Part shown: piece after piece, positions 54,075-64,000 of the stretch | Layout of the letters: the number at the start of each line of letters is the position of its first letter | Position numbering within the stretch: the first letter of the stretch is position 1 | Assembly (NCBI RefSeq): GCF_009914755.1 | Contig: NC_060931.1 | Origin: the human T2T-CHM13v2.0 reference genome, Homo sapiens | Length of the DNA stretch: 64,000 nt | Strand: one strand, 5' to 3' | Notes under the pieces: generated by a model | Seen by the model: the letters and a program-made list of their open reading frames with translations, nothing else | Databases searched by the model: none | What the model was told of the DNA's origin: nothing | Made by a program: the position numbers and the translations under genes

Positions 54075-54330
54075 TTTTTTTTTATATTGACATAATTTCA
54101 TGTCTACAGAAAAGATGCAAGAATAGCACAAGAATTCCTGATACCCTTCACCCACTGTCCCCAAAGTGTTAACATTTTACTACATTAGCTACATTTGCTT
54201 TATCATATTAATTCTCTCCGCCATCACATACAAATTTGTGCACACATACATTGTTTCACTAAACCATGTATGTTACTCAAATGAAGCTCCATTATCTTTA
54301 AATATTTAACTGTGTTTTTCTTAAAAACAA
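54075..54330 (-). mobile_element. L1M (L1MC-like) 3' fragment, antisense
   Basis: gacataatttca..acagaaaagatgcaagaatag..acccttcaccca..tgttaacatttta. Confidence 0.6.
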
Positions 54331-57300
54331 ATAATTTAGAGTGATTTTTTAAAATAAAAATAATAAATTTTTGCCCTTTCTTTCCTTTTTTTTTTCTCTG
54401 ATTAAGGTTTTAAAAAGCAAAGTGGCTGAAAGAGAGGAAACTGGTTGATGCTTCACAAATTGGTTCATCAGCCTTTGGATCCTTAAAATTGACTATATTT
54501 TTGTGAATCAGCATTTCCAGGTCAAATGAGCTTTCAAAATGGTGAGGGGCGGGGGGAATAGCACTTGCATCTTCTGACTTCTTAAAACCCAAATTAATTT
54601 CTTAGGGACTATTTAGCCAGCAGCATAATATGAGTGAAGCTTTCTTATAAATAGTGGGCCCAAGCTGTGATGTGGCTAGTAACCACAATATTTATTACAA
54701 GGAAGTTAGCAGTCACATATAGAAAGTAGTTAGAATCAGTTCAGGTGCTGTATTTTTCCTTTTCATTTAATGTTGATTCTTATGAATTTGGGATACAGAA
54801 GGAATTGTCTATGCCCTAAGTGCACTGTATTGTATTATTAATACCAGTATAGCAGCTGAGTCCCACTAGACAGTCTTTGTGGTCTGCTGATACTCTAAGA
54901 AGTGTCTAAGCATAAAAGGAGGCTGTTTGAGTTGAAGTGGGCTGATGGTCTGGGATGACATTTGAATGCACAGAGGACAATGTCTAAATGACAATGTCGA
55001 GAAGGAAAGGCAAAAAGAAGCTGAAAACTATTCCCGCTGTCCCATGGATACTCGTCACTCCTTCTGCGATATTCTTCACATGGGAGCTTTGTCTGGGTAG
55101 AAATGGGGAGTGGGATCAGGGAGGGCTAGACACTGGGGCCTGGGGACAAGAGCCAGGGTTTCATGTCCTTAAACACATTAAAATTCTAGACAGATAGCAA
55201 ATGTAATGAAAATTGCAACCTGAATGTGTTCTGATAGACAAAGTTAAACACTTTAGCTAAAGTATTACAAGTATAATTAACAAAAAGTTTGCAATACTCT
55301 GAATTGCTTCTGTGAATAAAGCTTTTAAGAGCATCAAATTGGTTGTGCAAATGAATGGTTTACTGAGCATCTTTTGGAATTTAGGATAGCTGCTTTCTCT
55401 GCTAACCAACGCATGCACACACACACACATACACAAACACACACCATTCATACAGCCAAAAAGAATAATTTTTCAGCAGTCCTTGAGTTGTGAAGATAAC
55501 ATCATAGATTAATCAAAGGTTACTTTTCCATTTAGGGAAATAATGTACACAATCTAGAAAAAAAAATACAAAAGTTAGAGTCATTGGTGGAAATTTATCT
55601 CATTATAAAAATAACCCTGTATGCTAAGCATGGAATCAAATACTGAACTGTTAACCTCAATATTGGGGTGAATTTTTTACCTTTAAATTATCACCATTGT
55701 CTTAATGTAGTTTGCATTACGTATAGTGCCCTTGGATTTTTAATTGCTCTGGATTATCATTTTCAATGCAATTAGTAAAATGCCCTCAATTACATATAAT
55801 AATTACTGTAAATGGGGCTATTGGCCTAATTACTATAAATGGGGAAAGATGTGTGATTATAATGTGCAATTAAATCATGTACAGTATTTATTTTACATTA
55901 TTACATACAATGGTATAATGATAACACATAATTATATTGTATCTTTCCTTGGTCAACAAATCTACTCCATATTAAGATACCTAGAGTTGTGATACATTGC
56001 CAAATTAACCATCTCCGGGATCATTCTTCCTAAAATAATAGGGTTATTCTGTGGGCCAAGGCCCCACTAAGTTTAAATATAATTAAATAAACTGATTCTG
56101 CACAGGCAGGAAAAATCTGGAAGGAAAAAAATTATTTCACCTCTATTAGTTAAGAATGCCCAGATTATCCTCTTTTTGTCGGTGTCAAGAATTTAATCCT
56201 CCCTGGCGCCATACCAACCTCCACCATACCTGTTTGTTTTTATGTGAATATGTAAAAATTAACACCCCTAAATGTTGGTAACATTTAAAATATGCCTGAG
56301 AAAAAAAGAGGTTCTTTCTTCACTGTGGCAAGTATTATAATCATCCCTAGTTTACAAATGCACACTTAACGAGCTTATAGCACATAATTAATTCTGCAAA
56401 GGATGCTGTTTGACAGAGTGGGATTATGAGAATTGCATATTGATAGTGGCAGGAGAAATAAAACTATTTTCTCTACGTAAGATGGGATATATCTTGTGTT
56501 CTTTAGAAACTGGCACATCTCAGAGGTGTAGCTCTCAAAATGATCTCAGGATGTAAAGAAATCAGTAATTACAGAGCCAGGCATTCAGTTGTGTCCTAAT
56601 TTTCCCACCAGTTTTTCAGTGTTTCAGCTGCCTCAGAGACTTAAAGTATTCTCATTAGGTAGCTGCAGAGGCAGCCGCTTGCCTACTTACTCCCTCATTC
56701 TCTCACTCGCTTTTCTTTTTTTTATTTTTTTTTCCTTCCATTCCTGCCTTGGGAGTGACTGTGAAGATCATTTGCTGGAATGATTGGCAGGTTAGAGGAT
56801 TCGATCAGATGAGTTCCTCTTAGTGCAGGTCAAAAAGGCTAGTTAGCAGGAGCTGTCGAAAAATGCCAGCAGCATTCGAAATGGGAAATGTCATGACTTC
56901 GAGGCAGGGGGTGCCACCTGGAACAGAAAGCTCTCGGCTCATTAGCAAGTTACAGGATGCGGGCTTAACTGGAGGGAGCAGGGAAGGAAAGATAATACCC
57001 AATAGGGAAAATGATTGTGAAGTGGAATTGATTTCATGTATAATTTGTTTATCACTAGAGGGGACAAATGCTGTCCTTCTGACATGAGCAGAGGAGTGTG
57101 GACTATGAATGAAGCAACTTAGCATAATCTCCAGGTTGAGCTTTGGATTTAAAGAAAGCAAACTTCTTTATTCTTAACTGTGGAAATGATCAGGTCATGT
57201 TACATTAATTAAAGCTGACATACTCTCAAATGTTTTATCTGGGCAATTGCGGCAATTCGACAGAAGCGGATAGAGATGGGCAACTTCAGAAAATAAGAGG

Positions 57301-58965
57301 GATTTTCCCCCCTCTGCTAGTGTGGAAGACTAGCTTAGTTGCATACTGAATTATAACAGGGTTGGTGTTTATACTCAGTGGTTAGCTAGGCTGCACATAT
57401 CAAACCAGGGTTCCGGATTCACGTGCAGTCTCATTGATAGAAGAGACCACATGCCCTTTGGGAGATTTGTGTCTAATCCATGTGAAAAAATGTATGTACA
57501 TTTTAGAATATGACTGTGTCCTATTTTGGTACAATGTTAAAATTTTAACTTCTTTTTTTTTAAAGGAGAAGTTCTCCCATTTCATTGCTGCCTACATGTC
57601 AATTCATCTAGAATTTAATATTCTACTATAAAGTTAATTTACAGTAACCTTATTTACAAACAAAACTAAACTAAAAAGTTGCTGTTATAGAGGAAATTAA
57701 TCTGCAGTTTATAAAAAGAGAACACAGTGGCAAAACAGAAAATAGTATTGCCTCGCATGTATTCATACTAAACTCCAAATTAAAGGCTTCCAGTATTTTT
57801 ACAATGTATCAAATGAGCTTTTGTTTAAAGCCTTTTTTTAAACATAAATTCCATCCGAAAACGTATTTTGTTTTGATAAGAAACTTTTATGATATCATTT
57901 ATCTTTTGGCGTGGAGATCTTCATCTTGTTAAGTCACAAATGCCACAGCTGCAAGTCTTTCTGGCTGAACACTAAAGGATGTTTACTTAGCATCCAGATT
58001 CTGGTTAAAATGTATATTTTCAAAATGTCTTTGCCTTGGGTTTCTCTTAAATATTGAGACATTTTATGAGGCAGTTGTTAAATAGCCAAGGCTTGTTTTA
58101 TCAAGCAGCCTCAGACTGCTGTGTAATGTGAATAGGAATCTTAAAACCTCCTAGTCCAAAACACTGGTGCAAAATTCATTCCATTCTGTATTCAGCATAA
58201 AAAGCTTAGCATTAAGCTACTGTATATAGCTTTCAAGATATACTGCATTAGTTCTGTCAAATATAAAAATTTAAACATCAGTGTGAATCCACTCATCCCC
58301 TCATTTGGGAATTGTATTGTGTGGTCCAGAAGCTGGCCTTGAAAACAAAATTTTTATAGAATGCTGTCTGAAATGTTCACCTAACGTTAAGATTTTTTAT
58401 CTTTCACAGAAACCCAATTTGTTAATAACTGACAGATTTATTAGATTAATAAATAAACAAACCACTTTGAGGGAAAACATTGTCAAAAAAATGTTATAAT
58501 AAAATAATTGGGTATAGTTGTCTACAAGTAACAAGTAGGTTTCCCAGTCTGTACCTTTAAGTAAGAAGCCCTTACCGTAAACTCAAGACAGGCAAGTTGA
58601 AGGCTCCTGGCCCTGCAGACTGCAGGGGTGAATTGGTGGTGTTTGTGCATGCCTGGTCTCATTGCCTACCCTTTTCTCCAGCCCCTCCTTTCAATTCCGC
58701 ATTGCAGAGTCAGCTCTGCACTCACTGACTTCTTAGACTCTCCACTATTTTACATTCTTCTCAATCCATCTCCTCTCCATTAACTAATTGCTGGTACATA
58801 TTGGCATTCTTATGTTTATCATACTCTTTGTTGAACGTTTCCACAACTCTGTGGATTGAGTAACCATGTGTTAAAAGTCTTACTTTCAGTTTTGTGGGTT
58901 CTCCTCAGAGAAGGTCCCTGGATACTAAAGAAAAGAAATGATAGTTTTATCATCGTCTTTTATGT

Positions 58966-60379
58966 CAGCAGATCTCAAAGTGTGGTCCATATACCATGTG
59001 GATCCCCAGGGGCTTCACGCCCAGGGCCTTCATGGGGTCAAAACTGTTTTCATAATAACACTAAGATATTCTTTGCCATTTACACTGTGTTGACATTTGC
59101 ACTAGTGGTGCAAAAGCAATGGAGGGTAAAACTGCTGGCTCCTTAGCATGAATCAAAGCAGTGACACTCTAAACTGTATTCCTGGGCACTGTGTCTTCAC
59201 AACCACACAATTCAATTTTGGAGGGGGCGGAAAAAGCTTCACTTAATAATATTCTTGATGAGGAAGTTAAAAGTATTGATTTTATTAAACCTCTACTTTT
59301 AGGTAAATGTCTTCTTAATATACTCTGTGACTAAATGGGAAGTTTGCCTAAGTCATTTCCACTGGATACCTAGTTACCATGGTTGTCTCAAGGAAAACTC
59401 TTGTACAGTTGTTTGAGTTGTAAGCTGAACTAACTGCTTTTTTCCAGGCATATGGTTTTTACTTGAAAGAATGACTGACAGGAAAAACTATGGTTATTCA
59501 GACTTGGGTATTTGGCAGACATCTTCTCAGAAAGGAACCAAAAATGAGTTCATCACCAAAGCAAAAAACCAGTATTAATTTGTTGATAAAATTAGAGCTT
59601 TCAATAGAAAATTTGAATTTGAGAACTCTATGGGTAGCTTTTATTTGCCACTGTGAACTGGACAGTGATAATGAGATTGGTGGTAATATAAACAAATGTG
59701 ATTTTTTTGATATTATATAGTGAAACGTGTCAACCTTTGAAATACCTGCATAACTCACTAAATCAATGTTTTCCAAATGATCAATGCATGTTAGCAAAAT
59801 AATGCATGGATAAAATATTCACTGAAAGTTTAAAATAAACCAATAGATATTAAGGTAACAGAATACGAAGAGTTCATTGATATAGTTTCAGATTCCCTGG
59901 TACAATTAACCCTTAAGAAACTAACACTTGTTGAGTTTTGTTGTACTGTAAAAGAAGAATATATCTGAAAGGGCTATTAAAATACTTTTTTCTTTTCCAA
60001 CTACTTATCTGTTGTAGTCCCATATTTTTGTCATTTGCTTCAACCAAAACAATGTATCATAATAGATTGAATGTAGAAACATATTTGTGAACCCAACTCT
60101 CTTCTATCCAGCCACTCATTAAAAAGATTTGCACAACTATAGGGCACTGCCACTCCTCCCACTAATTCTCTTTGGAAAATGTAGTTATTTTTATTTAAAT
60201 TCTGTTTTCATGTTAACATGTAATGAGTTCTCACATAAATATTTTTAATTAACAGTTTTAATTTTGAATATGGTAAGTATCAGCAGCTACAAACCATAGA
60301 AGCAAAAGTTCTTAGGGGGTTCCTTTTAACTTTTAAGAGTCTTAAGGGGTCCTAAGATAAAAAAGTATGAGAAACACTG
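58966..60379. mobile_element. Charlie1a-like non-autonomous hAT DNA transposon, near full length (~1.4 kb)
   Basis: Imperfect TIRs CAGCAGATCTCAAA ... TATGAGAAACACTG; internal Charlie motifs (ggtcaaaactgttttcataataac, gacttgggtatttggcagacat). Confidence 0.8.
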
Positions 60380-60984
60380 CTCTATTTCACAAGTGTCATG
60401 CATTAACTCTAACATACAAGTTATGTTGGTAACATTTTCCTTCTTGAAGAAATTACTATTCAGCACAAATTTTTTTTTGCTATATGAAATGATTCTGGAT
60501 CTCTCGATTTAATATCTCAATTTTTCTAGTGTACAATAGATAAAAATCCCTATTCTTGTGTTCACACAGGTATCATCTGAAAATTACAATAGAGCATCAT
60601 TTACTATCCTCTTGATGACTAGTAGACCAAATCTTGAAAGACTTTTACTGTATATTAATCTTAGGGGCTGTGACTTTCCTTTTTTATATGCATCAAGTTT
60701 GACCTCACATGGAGAGCCTCTGGCCATATGATACTAAATCATCAGGCCATTTTACATAGCTTGCTTATAGGACTCAGAAAGGCTTTCAGATAGCTCCTAT
60801 TAGACACAGCATAAATTCAACTTTATGTCAGAAAACGGGACTTGGGTCTTTTCCCGCCGAGCTCCCATGAAGTAACTCATGGAAATCTGGGTGCATTTGG
60901 GGTTTCAGAATCCAGAATATCTGCTCAACCTGAGTAGCAGTCAGTCAGATTAGGGCTGTGTTCTTTAGTTTTTTATTTTTTTTT

Positions 60985-61275
60985 TGTTTTTGTTTTTTGA
61001 ACTCTATTTTGAAGTACTTTTAGATTTTTTAGAAGAGTTGTAAAGCCAGTACAGAGGATTATGTCCTTAACCCACCTTCTCCTAATATTAACTTTATTTT
61101 TTATGACCTGGATGCTTTTGAAGAGTACTGTTCAGGTATTTTGCAGAATGTCCCTCATGATGTTTTGGAGAAGAATACCACTAAGATGAGATGCCCTTTC
61201 ACCACTTCATGTCAAGAAGTACATGATATCCACATAAATTATCACTGGAGATGTTGACCTTGATCACTACATTAA
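60985..61275 (-). mobile_element. L1M 3' fragment, antisense
   Basis: T tail; ttttgaagagtactg..gtattttgcagaatgtccctca; gatgttgaccttgatcac. Confidence 0.6.
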
Positions 61276-61899
61276 CACAGATAAGGTTTTAAAGCCAACG
61301 TGATATCCAGGATGTAAAGTCAGAGAAGCTGGAGATCTGGGACAGGTTCTCAGTCAAATGGAAAGAACTCTAAATGGTTACTGAACTGACAACAAGGCTG
61401 TCTAATGTCAGAATCTGAAGAGAGAAATTACTCTCAAGGCTTCAACTTTCTAAATGAAAATGGGTGGAAATGGAGACAGAGTCACCAACAAAGCAGGGAA
61501 TGTCTGAGTTAAGAACCCTGAGATGTTCCAGCCTTTGACTCAGGATCAGTGATAGAATTTATAAGGGCATCTGACAGCGTGTGGAATATATTTTGTAAAC
61601 ATGAATAAAATGTGGCTACTTTACAGATGTTGGGAACAAAGCAAGTGTTAGCCCTTCAGTATTGAAGTCACCTGTTCATTTGTCTTCCTTCCCCACTGGA
61701 ATCTAAATATCAGAATACAGGAACTCGTTTACGGTTTTATCCTCATTTTACCATTATATTTCCCATCTCCTCGCATGGCACATAATCTATGCCCATTAAA
61801 TATTTTTGAAATATTGATTGACTTAGTGAATATCCAACCAACTCACCATACACCAATCTCTTGTTCTTTTAGGAAGTTTTTTTGTTGGTTGGTTGGTTG

Positions 61900-62400
61900 G
61901 TTGGTTGGTTGGTTTTTTAGCAACCACTATATTGGTGCTCTACTAGACAATAGTAAGAAGACAGTTCCAGCTTCAAGACACTCACAATTTAGGGACACAA
62001 ATGCAGTCTTTTAAATTTCAGGATGATGACGGGTACAGCAGAACTTTGCATGAAGCTATATGGGAGAGCAAATAAGGGAAATATTAATTTTGCTCGAGGA
62101 GATAGCAGAAGTTTTTCCAAAGGAAGAGATTTTGAACAAAAGAAGGCATTGGATTTTGCATGGGCATACAGGAGGAGAAGGATGTTTTCAAAAAGAGGAA
62201 ACAAACACCAAGAGCAAAGCTGTGTCACAAAGTGCAGCATCTCTAGGGACTGATCTGATAGAGCTAAGGGGCTGGGAGATACGGAGTGAGAAGACACGCG
62301 CAGAGAAAGTCATTTGAAGCCCGATTCTGAGGGTCTTGAATGACATGCTGAAGAGTTTGGATTTTCATGTTGTTGCCCATAGAGAATATGTATGACTTCC
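61900..62400 (-). mobile_element. Degenerate LINE-2 fragment, antisense
   Basis: Purine-rich L2-like motifs (aagacagttccagcttcaag, gacatgctgaagagtttggattt). Confidence 0.45.
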
Positions 62401-62738
62401 TGGTCACAGACAGAAGAACCAAAACATCTTCAAGCTGAGAGATCCTTTAGGAATCATTTAACAATGCTAAAGGAAGATGTATTTTTTTTCTTCTTTGAAC
62501 TTATTATGTTAGATCATGTCTTGAAATTAAGTAAAGAAAATAAACAAGATTCCATTCACATTTATGCCTAATTTGATGTTAGCAATTTTACCAACACTTA
62601 CTCTTCTCCTTCTATTCATCCTCCAGCCATGACATTTTAAATTTCAGGATGATAAAGGGTACAGCAGAACTTTGCGTGAAGCCATATGGGAGGGCAAATG
62701 AGGGAAAAATTAATTTTGCTGGAGGAGGTTGCAAAAGT
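62009..62738 (+). repeat. 104-bp direct repeat pair (62009-62112 and 62635-62738)
   Basis: Manual ungapped alignment gives 93/104 identical, offset 626 bp. Confidence 0.9.
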
Positions 62739-64000
62739 GACTGCAACTCTGTTGTGACTCTGTTACAGACATAGTTTCTTGATTATACATTTATCAGCAT
62801 ATTACAACATGTTTCTTAAAAGTAATATGTAAATTATTTTAAGTTAAAGAATATGCCTTTTCTATTCACATATCTTTTGTAAAATGAATAACAATCCCCT
62901 TAATTTAAATTTTGTGAATATATAATATTTCATATATTAAGATACATTGGTATCATTTGGGAGAAATGCAAAAAATGGAAAAGCGAGTTTCTAGGGATAA
63001 AAATTTAAGACAATTTTCAAAGTTAAAAGAAATGTTTAAGAATTCAGTATCTTCATGGTCTTGTATACTCAGCAGTCAATTGGTGTGCAAAAGTGTTTTT
63101 ATGAATAAATTCATACTCCTGTCTATGTACTTTAAGTCCCTGTAAGGGTTAACTGTAGTTTCAGGCCCAGTTTTGCCTAAACTCAAATACACTGTGAAGT
63201 ATTTGACAATATTAAAGTCTGTCTAACCAAATTCCTTAAACCACCTTAATGGTTAGTAACTAAAATTTTCAGGGATAATTATGATAACAATGAAAAAAAT
63301 GTTGAAACAACTAATGTAAAACAGATTAAACAAATTATTAAGAACAGAGTAGACCATTTAAATATTTTAAAAATAAATAAGTAAATTAAAGTTTACCAAA
63401 GCAGATGAAATATGATACAGTCTTGAAAATTGAAGTTATTAAGCCAAGTAACATGGAGAAATACATGGGATAAAGTGAAAGTAGAATATTTTGCTTGTAC
63501 ATGTAAAATTTATACATAAGAAATATGAGTGAAAGGAAGTATATTGAACTGCTGTGTCCTTACTTTAACAGAGAAAATGGTTTTACCGATTTTATTGTAT
63601 AATTAAGAAAGTTAGTTAATTTACATTTTTATAGCCATATTAGGCTCTCACTATATTCCAACCTCAGAGTCCCCTTGGATGGGTCCAAGTTCTTTGACGC
63701 TATCTCATTACCAGATTCTCCTCTGTAGATCTATGTTGAAGAGTCAGATACTAGGCAAGCTAAGCTCATTTTACAACCACAGGGCATTCCATGAGTTAAC
63801 GTTTAAAGTACTTTCTGTTACCCCTAAGAAATGCTGATAAATTAATACTAGAAATAGCAGTATCCAGATGATTAAGAGATAGCATAGAAACATAATTTAG
63901 CCAAAAGCAAAAAGAGGAGCTAAAGGAGTCCTGTCGGCATAAGAATTTGGGACTCCGGATTCTCCACCTGCTGCTAATCTCAATGGGCTTTTCAAAAGGT

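Noticed and set aside
58966-60379. Active or domesticated transposase
   Set aside because: Only short unrelated ORFs; internally deleted non-autonomous element.

Overview
Primate, almost certainly human, intronic DNA from the 3' part of the cyclin-dependent kinase gene CDK14 (PFTK1/PFTAIRE1) on the + strand. Three exons were located by eye and splice in frame: 9309-9357, 42421-42560 and 47944-48087. Together they encode ...ERFTLYSSKNLRQAWNK LSYVNHAEDLASKLLQCSPKNRLSAQAALSHEYFSDLPPRLWELTD MSSIFTVPNVRLQPEAGESMRAFGKNNSYGKSLSNSKH*. The stop codon is followed 28 nt later by a splice donor, so the 3'UTR contains an intron and I did not find the last exon in this window. The rest is intron containing a full-length, decayed sense-strand L1PA with target-site duplication (1117-7560), about ten Alus, older L1M/L1PB, L2, MIR, MLT1 LTRs, hAT DNA transposons (MER3, MER102, Charlie1a-like) and microsatellites. 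An old processed pseudogene of the phosphatase PTP4A1/PRL-1 (~36721-39300) is missed by the ORF track. It lies inside an ancient L1, is itself interrupted by an Alu, and retains a relic of the conserved PRL uORF. I see no firm evidence of a novel biological system. The best leads are splicing-related (an AG|GT/RS-exon-like or microexon cluster 70-120 nt upstream of the 42421 exon, and a candidate poison exon at 14131-14304), a 104-bp dispersed duplication, and enhancer-like unique sequence at 55.7-57.3 kb. Repeat subfamily names and parent-gene comparisons come from recalled consensus sequences, not from a search.
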